Assembly: GCF_964355755.1 (NCBI RefSeq)
Contig: NC_092674.1
Location: 16,864,001 to 16,928,000 of the forward strand
Source: Antedon mediterranea
Taxonomy: Eukaryota > Animalia > Echinodermata
Direction: 5' to 3'
Length of the DNA stretch: 64,000 nt
Part shown: positions 57,401 through 64,000 of the stretch, in pieces
How positions within the stretch are numbered: the stretch's first letter is position 1
How the letters are laid out: each line of letters starts with the position of its first letter
Translations under genes and position numbers: made by a program
Notes under the pieces: model-generated
Database searches by the model: none
Seen by the model: only the letters and a program-made list of their open reading frames with translations
Told to the model about the DNA's origin: nothing

Positions 57401-60400
57401 TAGACTGCCCAAACAAAGACCATGTGTCTAGACAGGGCTGTGAAATGTAAACTGGCCAAAGACTATGGCATGCATGGTTTACTGTCGATTCTTGTTGAAT
57501 AAAGATAGCAAAATATCAAATAACAAATCCAATATCGTAAAGAACGGTATTGTGTTTCTAGATTTTAATAGATTCTCTGGTGTGTTTGGAATGCCAAGAA
57601 AGACGAATAGCAATCAGTTCAGTAGTATATTGATCGAAAGGTCCAGAAGGTCAACAGTTCTTTTCAGAACCATACATACGTGGTGTACTGTAAACTGTAT
57701 TTATATCTGTGATTCGTGTATTGAGAGTTTAAATGCATTTTTTACAATATATATTTATTAAATATATTTGTTTTGTAATATTACATGCAATTTTAATGTG
57801 CAATAAAGTTAATGTGTATGATTTCTTATAACATTACCTTTTGTGAATGTTGTCGGCTTTCACCAATGTAGAAGTCTGTAATACCTTTAGTTGCCCAAGT
57901 AAGTTTTGTTAGGCCTGGATGAATCTTTTTATCAAGATGACGTATCACCTCTTTGAACAAGCTACGTTCTTCGATAGACAATGCGGCTACGATTCTGACA
58001 CAAAAAAGTGTTATAATAAATGTTCATTTCTTAAATGTACTGAACATGTTTTAAAAACTGTTCCTTTTGAAAGAAATCTTAAATTAATACTAAATGTACA
58101 TTGAGACAATGGTTGAAGGTTGCCATATCTCTCTCTATCATTAGCGTTTTTCGAGATGGTAACACTGTAATTTGCAAAATTCATATGACTTGTATAATTT
58201 GCTTACTTTCGAGGTGTGTGACAAAGGCGTGATTTTATCAATTACTAAACGGTCCTATGCTGGCTAAAGAAAAACTGTATCCAAGTCATTTGAGGCAAAA
58301 ATAAAGTCTGCACAGACATTTTAGTTGCATTATATATGCAAATGTTGAGAAATGGGATTGAGGGTCAAATGTCATACTTCCGTCTTATCGGTTTTCAAAA
58401 TATGGGAACCTGTAATTTCACCCCCTTACTACTAATTTACAGGCGTGATTTTGAGATTTACTTAACAATCCTATGTTGACTATTAGAAACCTGTATCTGT
58501 GCCATTTGAGGGCAGAACAAAGGGCGCGTTTATACAACACGCTATTACACGCATATTCTACACGCCTACGAAAAGTGTGTTGTATAACAACAAAGAGATT
58601 CCGTGTAATGAGATTTTAATTGCAAAAAAGGCTACTTGGCTGAATCCTAAAATTTGGTGGATTCCCGGTCGCCGTTACCGTGTTGGAAGTGTCCTCAGGG
58701 TATATTTTGACCTCTCGTTAAAACAGGTCGTAATATCAATCATTGCTAACAAGATTGGGCCCATTTATTGCTGCTTCGCTGCCAGCAATCATCCTCCTAC
58801 CACGTCTTACGCCTAGCCTAGTGGGGCCAACTCGTAGTGGTAGGCCTAGTAGGCCTCTATCGTTTCCCACTCCAAACAGAATTAAAAAAATAACATCGCA
58901 AAAATGGCATCTTCTTCCATAGTGTATAGATGAAACAATGAAACCCTTAAAATAACTTTTATTAATTTAAATGAACCGAGAACAAAATAAACAACAATGC
59001 AAACGTGAGCGAATACAATATAATGAAAATGGTAAAAACCGCGCGAATACATCGGACAGCGAGGAGGCGACGATGATTGTTGACAACTCAGCCAATTCAA
59101 GCGCGATCAACGATTTGACCTTTTATCCTAGCATGCACTGCGTGTTGATGAAACTTCCGGTATAACACGGTATCGTGATTTCTAGTATAACAGCAAACGT
59201 TAAGGTGGGTTGACCTCGGTCCGAACAACACGCTAAAAATTAAAGCCGTGTTCAAATTTAGGGTGTTGTATAAACACGACCAAAGTCTCTACAGACATTT
59301 TAATTTCATTGTATGCAAGCATTGACAAATGGGGTCGAGGGTCAAATGTTGCAATTCCGGTCTTTTTTTTCGTAAAATGTTTCATTAGAGCAAATATAAA
59401 TATATACATTCTGAATAAATCAGTGAAAAAATCAACTCTCTCGGACTAGTAGTTTTTGAGATATTATAACCCTGTAATTTCACCCTAATTTGCATATTTA
59501 AAGATGTATTGTCCCTTGAAACACAAAAAAATGAAGGTCAAAATATTCTAAATTTAAATTGGCCATATCAAAGTAATATTAAAGTCATTCACTTTAAGTT
59601 GAAAATTCTAGCCAAAAGCAACAAGATTAAGTAATTAACAGGTAAATTAGTTTGATTACATTTCGTCTGGAAAATCGTCGCGAGCGAAAGTAAACAAAGA
59701 TTTCAAACCACAAGTATGCATTATGCATGATGCTAATTATGATTGTTTACAACTCGTCATGGTTGAGAAGGCATTTTCACACAGATCGCGAGGAAGTTTT
59801 ATGATTATGCATACAGAGTAGCCAAACAAGCGCGTTTCATTATGGGATATGTTTTGATCGAAAATTATTTTTTTAACAAAAAAAACGTCTGCATTTCAGT
59901 TAAATGATTTTTTTTTCGACAAATTTTTGGTGAAAGTTAATAACTATTATGATACTTCAAAATGACCCACCTTCTTTCGAAATCTGTTATTTTTTATTTT
60001 TTGGGAATTTGTCAAAGGGACAATACATCTTTAAGCTAATTTGTATATCATCGGGATAATTTTGATCTCCTTATATGTGACCATTTAAAAAAGAAAAATC
60101 TCTGTTGTAATAATTGTTTCACTCAAAATGCTAGATTGTCTAGTCTAATAAATAATTATAAGATATCGAATCCTGACAAGATGGTACTGTATCTACAGTA
60201 TATATAAATTATGGTTAATTCTGACATAGGCAAGCACAATGGAAAGACTTTGGGACAAATCTCTGCCTTGGATCATCTCAGATGTACCACGAAATGTAAA
60301 TTTGATGTCATTAGTTTTCACTATTACGATATTGTTCCATATTTCTATCTTGAAAGATATTATAAAGAGTTTTAAAACAAAAGTTCTGATTACATCGGTA

Positions 60401-62198
60401 GATTTTCAACATTTTCAATTGTACGCGGTCAGAGTAATTTCCAGGTTCACGATGAGTTCACAGATTCATCTTGCCACCACTATCTGGTTTCAACAAAGTT
60501 GGCCGTTTAGTTTTTTTGTTTATTTTCAGGATCGGACCTGCGCGTGTGAAGGTACAGTAGTTAAAAAATAAAAATTATACTGCAAATTAATAAAGATCAA
60601 ATTAAATATACGCCATAAAGCATCGGAATATATTGTGGAGAATAGTATTATAAAATTACATAGGGAGATCTGATGATAAGACATTTTATTTAAAATCGAG
60701 TAAAATCCTGATAGCCAAGTTTTATTGAGTAAGCTGGCAGGAATAACTGTAGGCTATCTGTGTCCCGTTAGGACCGGGATGTCTGCCCATGTTGCAAGCC
60801 GTCTAAAATGTCTTCCTTCTTGGGCCAAAACGGCCCACTCTGTCACGGAAGTTAATTTCAAAAGATGTTTAAATTAAATAAGGTATTAATTATTAGGATG
60901 GTATTTATACACACAATATTGTATTATATTTATAATAACACAACTATTTGTAGTAGAATTCATCGCACTGTTAACTACAATTTACCAAGCATTTGTTATT
61001 CTTTTTTACCACTTTTCATATCTATTAGAGGATTTTATTTGATTATAAATGTTACCATATTATTAAAATTAAAAAATTAAACATATCCCTCAAATAAGCA
61101 CCTCCCTCAAATGAACTCCGCCTCCTCACCTCCGCCTTTAAGGGCCCTACCAAACAATAAACACTATACTTGCTATTAATCATCTAAGACACTGTGAAAC
61201 AGAGTAGGTTTAGTTTTACGAATGTCAAGCATTTTCAATAATGGTAACCGACAGAAAACATACAAGGAGAATGTCCTTTCGAGAACCATCGTCTACACTT
61301 CCTCTAGTCGCTCGCTCCCCCTCTAGTGTATATAATTGTTTTAGTGAATTTCATTACAGTTTTCCACAACAAATGATTGTTTACTTTCAAATAATCATTT
61401 TGTGTTTTTACTTACCGATTGTAGTCCCTGACAACAAGTAACACAAACTCACGAAGACTTCTGAGTTCTTCTCTCTTTAAATACACTTCAGAAACATAAT
61501 GAGGAATCTCAAACATTAAACGTTCCCAATAATGAATCTCGTTAAACATCTTTAGCAGTGTTCTACAATATAATACATTTTACTCATGTTATATGTTAAA
61601 ATAAGGTTATATAATAATGTTATAATAAAGTTATTTTGCTGTTTAAAAGAGCAGCGATACTTTCCTTTTAATTTAATTTTATTCAATTTTCAGGCACAAA
61701 TAACAACATATAATACATGACAACGGTGCACCACTCTGGGGATTGCCTTGAGTGCTATGCACTATCAAATTGGCTGTCCATACTGCACTTCAAGCATATA
61801 CTTATATATATATTAACTGCACTTCAAGCATATACATATATATATATTATATATAGATAAAATGGTTCATGTGTACACAAAATTAAAGTTGCCTGATGTA
61901 AGATTGGAGAGCTGTCACAAATGTCACTATTTAAATTTTTTCTGAAAAAAAATAATCAGTGAATTAGAACTATCAATATTTACCGGTCAAAGTTGATGTC
62001 CATCATACCATGGCGTTCCATACTACGACACATCAATGGTACTTCCAGCAGTTTCATGCAGTCTTTATCTACTGTTGCTGTCCACTCATTAAATGTTTTT
62101 CGAATAAACTCATCCAAGGCAATGCTTAGTTGTGTATACTGTATCTTGGTTTCAGCACCAGTACCAATGTGTGGTAAGAAATAAGCTTTATCAAGAAC
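3158..62198 (-). CDS. DNAH2: Dynein axonemal heavy chain 2 (inner arm dynein f/I1 beta), internal portion, 29 exons, about 1816 aa
   Basis: Manually spliced exons with GT..AG boundaries keep one reading frame. Motifs [60 protein letters not shown] and [19 protein letters not shown] resemble DNAH2 as I recall it. Confidence 0.93.
3804..3962 (-). CDS. DNAH2: DNAH2 exon ([10 protein letters not shown]...TVENG)
   Basis: AG/GT boundaries, 159 nt. Confidence 0.9.
4293..4889 (+). mobile_element. Non-autonomous Helitron (family H1) with amplified 3' hairpin
   Basis: 5' end matches TCTATATATAAATTTACGTAAGGGCA at 19200 and 37021; ends hairpin-CTAG followed by T; no TSD. Confidence 0.7.
4595..4880. repeat. 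Perfect 26-bp minisatellite x11 (ACCATCTGTGTGGACCCCTAGATGGT)
   Basis: 11 identical units read directly; the 7-bp ends of each unit are self-complementary. Confidence 0.97.
5028..5571. mobile_element. Kolobok-type MITE (family B)
   Basis: TIR AGATGTATTGTCCC/GGGACAATACATCT with TTAA on both sides; second copy at 59502-60030. Confidence 0.85.
6193..6811. mobile_element. Kolobok-type MITE (family A)
   Basis: Imperfect TIR AG..CCC.TCCCT / AGGGAATGGGGCT, TTAA TSD; near-identical copy at 51193-51818. Confidence 0.85.
8314..8454 (-). CDS. DNAH2: DNAH2 exon ([25 protein letters not shown]...KNK)
   Basis: AG/GT boundaries, 141 nt. Confidence 0.94.
8749..9003 (-). CDS. DNAH2: DNAH2 exon ([16 protein letters not shown]...GERIAMPDQ)
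   Basis: AG/GT boundaries, 255 nt. Confidence 0.94.
9949..10167 (-). CDS. DNAH2: DNAH2 exon, AAA2 Walker A (GKTGSGKT)
   Basis: AAG acceptor, GT donor, 219 nt. Confidence 0.93.
10313..10821. mobile_element. Academ-type MITE with about 125-bp TIRs
   Basis: TAGTCTAGTTCC...GGAACTGGACTA termini, long inverted arms, 3-bp TSD ATA. Confidence 0.7.
11477..11602 (-). CDS. DNAH2: DNAH2 exon ([10 protein letters not shown]...DLFPG...DYGK)
   Basis: AG/GT boundaries, 126 nt. Confidence 0.92.
12331..12483 (-). CDS. DNAH2: DNAH2 exon (VLAKKV...[11 protein letters not shown]...TDEE)
   Basis: AG/GT boundaries, 153 nt. Confidence 0.93.
12560..13155. mobile_element. Old diverged copy of Kolobok family A
   Basis: Colinear degenerate similarity to 6193-6811. 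Confidence 0.55.
13356..13565. repeat. Perfect 30-bp minisatellite x7 (TGATTTAGTAATGAGATAGCTGACAGCTTG)
   Basis: Seven identical units read directly. Confidence 0.97.
13827..13954 (-). CDS. DNAH2: DNAH2 exon ([17 protein letters not shown]...EGFSNTR)
   Basis: AG/GT boundaries, 128 nt. Confidence 0.93.
14276..14677. mobile_element. Degenerate MITE with about 45-bp inverted arms
   Basis: cttaaatttacccc...tcaccccatctca versus tgagatggggtaa...gggtaactttaag. Confidence 0.55.
14948..15128 (-). CDS. DNAH2: DNAH2 exon, AAA1 Walker B ([12 protein letters not shown]...FITMNP)
   Basis: AG/GT boundaries, 181 nt. Confidence 0.95.
15701..15842. repeat. About 142-bp fold-back palindrome (MITE core)
   Basis: GGTAAAATATAAGATTTGACATCC... 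pairs with ...GGATGTCAAATCTTATATTTTACC. Confidence 0.85.
16499..16688 (-). CDS. DNAH2: DNAH2 exon, AAA1 Walker A ([10 protein letters not shown])
   Basis: AG/GT boundaries, 190 nt. Confidence 0.95.
17254..17657 (-). CDS. DNAH2: DNAH2 exon ([10 protein letters not shown]...[19 protein letters not shown])
   Basis: AG/GT boundaries, 404 nt. Confidence 0.94.
18095..18232 (-). CDS. DNAH2: DNAH2 exon ([10 protein letters not shown]...WIKEWPGQ)
   Basis: AG/GT boundaries, 138 nt. Confidence 0.9.
19200..21917 (+). mobile_element. Composite Helitron (family H1) carrying a Gypsy pol fragment
   Basis: A^TCTATATATAAATTTACGTAAGGGCA start; first 250 bp match 4300-4545; subterminal GTATTCGAGAACCATCTGTG recurs at 21851; 3' end uncertain. 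Confidence 0.5.
19592..21068 (-). pseudogene. Ty3/Gypsy LTR-retrotransposon pol fragment (linker, RT, RNase H), disrupted
   Basis: ORF 19765..20664 has [40 protein letters not shown] and YLDD. After a frameshift RNase H reads [12 protein letters not shown], a stop, ELYAIVW..RHFRHYL..TDHK. No gag, integrase or LTR seen. Confidence 0.93.
24521..24676 (-). CDS. DNAH2: DNAH2 exon ([12 protein letters not shown]...LDGPVE)
   Basis: AG/GT boundaries, 156 nt. Confidence 0.92.
26405..27645 (-). mobile_element. HINE/Helentron-like non-autonomous element, full length
   Basis: Minus strand: 5' GGTTATCCGC-acttg-GCGGATAACC then T-rich tract; 3' GCGGATAACC, hairpin AACTCGTC..GACGAGTT, CTAG. Confidence 0.7.
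27730..27890 (-). CDS. DNAH2: DNAH2 exon (LLETLNEM...[17 protein letters not shown]...NPEA)
   Basis: AG/GT boundaries, 161 nt; conserved FPRFYFLS motif. Confidence 0.93.
30450..30588 (-). CDS. DNAH2: DNAH2 exon ([13 protein letters not shown]...GTHHE)
   Basis: AG/GT boundaries, 139 nt. Confidence 0.92.
30954..31134 (-). CDS. DNAH2: DNAH2 exon ([13 protein letters not shown]...VQRQWMYLE)
   Basis: AAG acceptor after a poly-A run, GT donor, 181 nt. Confidence 0.9.
31371..31714 (-). CDS. DNAH2: DNAH2 exon (DKNWEIVET...AMRQRHW...RGHFKI), linker (DHC_N2)
   Basis: AG/GT boundaries, 344 nt; ORF 31319..31654. Confidence 0.92.
32851..33389. mobile_element. Short palindromic MITE split by a SINE
   Basis: TIR TGTCTACACTATCAAACT / AGTTTGATAGTATAGACA; about 140 bp once the SINE is removed. 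Confidence 0.65.
32896..33294 (-). mobile_element. tRNA-headed SINE with Deu/Nin-type central domain and L2-like tail
   Basis: Minus strand: A box TGGCCAAGCGG, B box GGTTCGAGGC, core TCTCGGATAAGGACTATAAACC..AGGTCC..TAAAGAACC..TTCGAGA..GTAGGGGGTTACCCCGGTG, tail GTGCTATATAAATG+(CATTA)n. Confidence 0.8.
33583..34157. mobile_element. Older Kolobok-type MITE with family-B-like TIRs
   Basis: TTAA-AGAT..TATTGTCCCC ... GGGGACAATACATGT-TTAA. Confidence 0.65.
34720..34881 (-). CDS. DNAH2: DNAH2 exon ([15 protein letters not shown]...NRELK)
   Basis: AG/GT boundaries, 162 nt. Confidence 0.9.
35508..37250 (-). mobile_element. Helitron 3' region with two tandem termini and internal duplications
   Basis: Minus-strand hairpin CCGTGC-gga-GCACGG 7 nt before CTAG^T at 35508; second degenerate end at 36149; 36340-36620 duplicated at 36885-37200. 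Confidence 0.65.
37305..38358. mobile_element. TIR MITE, hAT-like termini
   Basis: CAGTGGCGGATCTAGG / CCTAGAACCGCCACTG; no clean TSD. Confidence 0.65.
38474..38637 (-). CDS. DNAH2: DNAH2 exon (PFNSQIE...[14 protein letters not shown]...DK)
   Basis: AG/GT boundaries, 164 nt, phase 1-0. Confidence 0.9.
39100..39274 (-). CDS. DNAH2: DNAH2 exon (TQEMLDSL...[11 protein letters not shown]...DFHNN)
   Basis: AG/GT boundaries, 175 nt, phase 0-1. Confidence 0.88.
40509..40665 (-). CDS. DNAH2: DNAH2 exon ([11 protein letters not shown]...KYEVSVPEQ)
   Basis: AG/GT boundaries, 157 nt. Confidence 0.9.
41600..42031 (+). mobile_element. 5'-truncated L2/CR1-clade LINE 3' end
   Basis: Translates [34 protein letters not shown]; T-rich UTR, GAGGGT..ACCCTC stem and (AAAT)n tail. 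Confidence 0.7.
42701..42901 (-). CDS. DNAH2: DNAH2 exon ([12 protein letters not shown]...LKDNSE)
   Basis: AAG acceptor, GT donor, 201 nt, phase 2-2. Confidence 0.9.
43332..43543 (-). CDS. DNAH2: DNAH2 exon ([11 protein letters not shown]...SFDADIA)
   Basis: AG/GT boundaries, 212 nt, phase 0-2. Confidence 0.9.
43629..44240. mobile_element. P-element-like MITE
   Basis: About 30-bp TIR CAAG..AATCTAACAACAGGAC.CTGAGCTC; 7-bp TSD CTCTTAT/CACTTAT with one mismatch. Confidence 0.65.
44381..45982. mobile_element. Kolobok-type non-autonomous element (family C), 1.6 kb
   Basis: TIR AGGGGG.TT..GGGTTTAAAAT at both ends, TTAA TSD. Confidence 0.8.
46102..46230 (-). CDS. DNAH2: DNAH2 exon ([10 protein letters not shown]...KKSTKE)
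   Basis: AG/GT boundaries, 129 nt. Confidence 0.88.
47261..50428 (+). mobile_element. Decayed Academ (AcademX-type) DNA transposon
   Basis: TAGTAG..GGCCAA / TTGGCC..CTACTA termini, about 150-bp TIRs, TAA TSD. Coding relics [16 protein letters not shown] near 48730 and XPG-like [20 protein letters not shown] near 49290. Confidence 0.75.
48150..48630 (+). mobile_element. CR1 LINE ORF2 C-terminal fragment nested in the Academ element
   Basis: Translates [60 protein letters not shown] with frameshifts. Confidence 0.85.
50470..50890. repeat. Diverged 130-155-bp tandem repeat (about 3 units) with AAAATGGCCGCCAT motifs
   Basis: Units begin near 50473, 50606 and 50760. Confidence 0.65.
50970..52260 (+). 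mobile_element. Rex1/L2-like LINE 3' fragment interrupted by a Kolobok family A MITE
   Basis: LGVWI..NLSWDTH..KG..RLY and YQCVIQSVL before the TTAA site; [19 protein letters not shown] after it (ORF 51826..52137). Confidence 0.7.
51193..51818. mobile_element. Kolobok-type MITE (family A), second copy
   Basis: Near-identical to 6193-6811, TTAA TSD. Confidence 0.85.
52273..54691. mobile_element. Kolobok-like family D copy (left end missing), partly duplicated
   Basis: Homologous to 1800-3060; right TIR at 54668-54691. Confidence 0.6.
52972..55323. repeat. Recent tandem duplication (52972-54043 and 54044-55323)
   Basis: Near-identical units; the ORF track shows duplicated peptides at 53780/55055 and 53810/55085. 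Confidence 0.9.
55514..55684 (-). CDS. DNAH2: DNAH2 exon ([14 protein letters not shown]...[14 protein letters not shown])
   Basis: AG/GT boundaries, 171 nt. Confidence 0.9.
55980..56420 (+). mobile_element. Penelope-like element RT fragment, decayed
   Basis: [43 protein letters not shown] and SMGFPL motifs with stops and frameshifts. Confidence 0.8.
56586..56825 (-). CDS. DNAH2: DNAH2 exon (VQAIVDDYK...FRNDGVE)
   Basis: AG/GT boundaries, 240 nt; overlaps ORF 56541..56813. Confidence 0.9.
57120..57710 (-). mobile_element. Penelope-like 3' remnant with inverted partial pLTR and degenerate hammerhead core
   Basis: 57123-57202 is an imperfect inverted copy of 57625-57708; minus strand reads CTGAGGA-CGATCAA..TTGATT-GAAATGTC. 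Confidence 0.55.
57838..57994 (-). CDS. DNAH2: DNAH2 exon ([10 protein letters not shown]...[11 protein letters not shown]...QHSQK)
   Basis: AG/GT boundaries, 157 nt, phase 2-0. Confidence 0.9.
58522..59281. mobile_element. PIF/Harbinger-like MITE
   Basis: TIR GG.CG.GTTTATACAACAC.CTA, 3-bp TSD AAA; the uninterrupted host repeat unit is visible at about 58286-58372. Confidence 0.65.
59502..60030. mobile_element. Kolobok-type MITE (family B), second copy
   Basis: Same TIRs and TTAA TSD as 5028-5571. Confidence 0.85.
61416..61562 (-). CDS. DNAH2: DNAH2 exon ([15 protein letters not shown]...VVRDYN)
   Basis: AG/GT boundaries, 147 nt, phase 2-2. Confidence 0.9.
61984..62198 (-). CDS. DNAH2: DNAH2 exon ([10 protein letters not shown]...MMDINFD), tail region
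   Basis: AG/GT boundaries, 215 nt, phase 0-2. Confidence 0.9.
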
Positions 62199-62449
62199 CT
62201 AACATAAAACAAATACATATGTCGTAATTGTTGTATTTAAGGAGTACTATGCAATCGTAGTCATTTATTTGTATTTCCTGTACCATATTGTGCATTTTGT
62301 TAATACAGTACTATTATGTGGTATGTATGAATAGTCTTCTTTCTTTTATTTCTAAATTTCTAATTTTGTGTTTCAGATCGATATATTGTATAAAGCAAAA
62401 TAAATATTCAAACAATTCATTATGGGTGGTATTTTTTAAAGAGGTGCAA

Positions 62450-62770
62450 CTGTGGAGCTGCTTGTTTACCACCATCCCAAACCTGAATGGTTGGCAGTTT
62501 TTTGGTATGGTCAATGATTCATGGTAGCTGTTGACACCAACTTTGCCAGCAACGTAGATGCTTTCTTTCAATTTTCCTCATCCCAACCTTTCTTTAACCC
62601 ACATAGCTCCTGCAAGATTATCTTGGCTGAAATGATAAATGAGTGAGGATTGCTTTTCTTGTTGGCATCACATTGAAAATGATGAATTTAATTCTTGCAC
62701 ATTCCATTGACTTCCAAGAGCTCTTCTGCAGGCAAATTCTCTTTAAAGTCCAAGTCGGCTAACAAGACAT
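62450..62770 (-). pseudogene. BEL/Pao LTR-retrotransposon pol remnant
   Basis: Frameshifted DLDFKENLP.ERALG.QWNVQE, PTRKAIL, AKIILQELCGLKKGWDEE and LTIPKNCQPFRFG..QLH match the Pao RT-RNase H connector as I recall it. Confidence 0.75.
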
Positions 62771-63189
62771 CTTTACTATAGTTGACTTCAAAGGTGTGCA
62801 AACTTATGAAACAAAAAACAGCAACTGAGCTGAGTAAACGATAACCCTACAAAGGAACAAAAGGCCCACACACTGTGCATGCTGCCATGTAAATAATATG
62901 TAAATTAGATAAAGTTGGCACTTCCTGAATATAATTAAGTCATCTCTTTCTATGTAGGCCTAACGATACATTGATGACTTCTGCATGAGCTAGTACGTCT
63001 ATAATTTCTTTATACAAACCACGCTCTGCTTCGCTAAGCAGCGGGTATAGATCTACGTAAGCTTGGCGCACAGTAATTTCTTGATCTATGACCTCCTGTA
63101 TAGTGTCCTCACTAGGATTTGATTCCTCTTTAACTAAAGCGAAAACCCAGTGTAATTTCTTTCTTTCTTTATCCAATGCTTTCTTCTTT

Positions 63190-63780
63190 ATTACCTCCGC
63201 CAAGGAGGTTATGTTTTCACCCCTGTATGTTTGTGTGTGTGTTTGTGTGTGTGTCTGTGAACAGCTTGGAGGCCACAGTTTTTATCTGATTCTCACCAAA
63301 TTTGGCAACAATGATCTATGCCCCAAAAGCTCGGACGAGTTTGAATTTGAGGGGAAAAGGTCATAGGTCAAGGTCACAACTAACAAAAAACTATTTTACT
63401 GCCTAGAGACCACAGTTTTTATCCGATTCTCACCAAACTTAGCCACAATGATCAATGACACATCATATAATTGTGGTTAAATTTTGAAGGGTCAGGGTCA
63501 AAGATCAAGGTCCACAAAAAACAAACAAAAAAAGAAAAAAAAAATAATAAAAAAAAAAACCTCAGTGGGACTTAAACCAGCGATCTCAACTGTGAGAGGC
63601 TGGATACATAACCATTACACCACACTGTCATCCACAACTTTGTAGTGTGCAGTTAACATACAGTATTTACACTTAGAACTAATAAAAAAAATGAAAAAAA
63701 AAAAAAATATTCAGGGGGCATTTTATGTAGGGGAATTTTACAGTAGGCGGAGGTTTGTACTCTCGGAGTACCCTCTAGTT
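63190..63780 (+). mobile_element. HINE/DINE-like non-autonomous element (such families are also labelled Crypton-V)
   Basis: 5' TTACCTCCGCC-AAGGAGGT, (GT)n tract, 3' GGCGGAGGT, hairpin GTACTC..GAGTAC, CTAGTT; inserted in a T run. Confidence 0.75.
63560..63629 (-). pseudogene. tRNA-derived (Glu/Asp-like) Pol III cassette inside the HINE-like element
   Basis: Minus strand GTGGTGTAATGGTTA (A box), CTCTCAC loop, GGTTTAAGTCCC (B box), then a long T run; acceptor stem does not pair. Confidence 0.55.
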
Positions 63781-64000
63781 TTGTATATAATACTCCAAGC
63801 CTTTCTCTGTAAATTTTCTCTCTCTCTCTCTTTGCCATTGTTTCGTTGTTTACTATAGTTGACTTCAACTAGGTCACTGCTCATACCTCGTACGTATATT
63901 AATGGATGCAGTACAAGTAAATCCACAATATAGTTGTATTCACTTTTCACTTTAATACTCATACTATCATGCTATACTGCAGTTTACACTGTGCTGGTAA

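Overview
AT-rich metazoan genomic DNA, most likely a marine invertebrate deuterostome such as an echinoderm (inferred from the repeat content, not proven). The whole window lies inside one minus-strand gene for the axonemal inner-arm dynein heavy chain DNAH2. I mapped 29 consecutive GT-AG exons (62198 down to 3158) that stay in phase and give about 1816 codons, covering tail, linker, AAA1 (GPAGTGKT) and AAA2 (GKTGSGKT). Both ends of the gene lie outside the window. The introns are packed with nested mobile DNA: TTAA-flanked Kolobok-type MITEs, a decayed AcademX element and an Academ MITE, Helitrons and HINE-like elements, P-, Harbinger- and hAT-like MITEs, a Deu-domain SINE, CR1/L2/Rex1 LINE fragments, Penelope fragments (one with a degenerate hammerhead), and Gypsy and BEL/Pao remnants. 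The most unusual signal is one Helitron family seen in three states: with its 3' terminator hairpin amplified 11 times, apparently carrying a Gypsy RT-RNase H fragment bracketed by a perfect 33-bp inverted repeat, and as a bare 26-nt 5' end inserted at an A^T site whose empty allele is also in the window. No prokaryotic system (CRISPR, retron, DGR) is supported.
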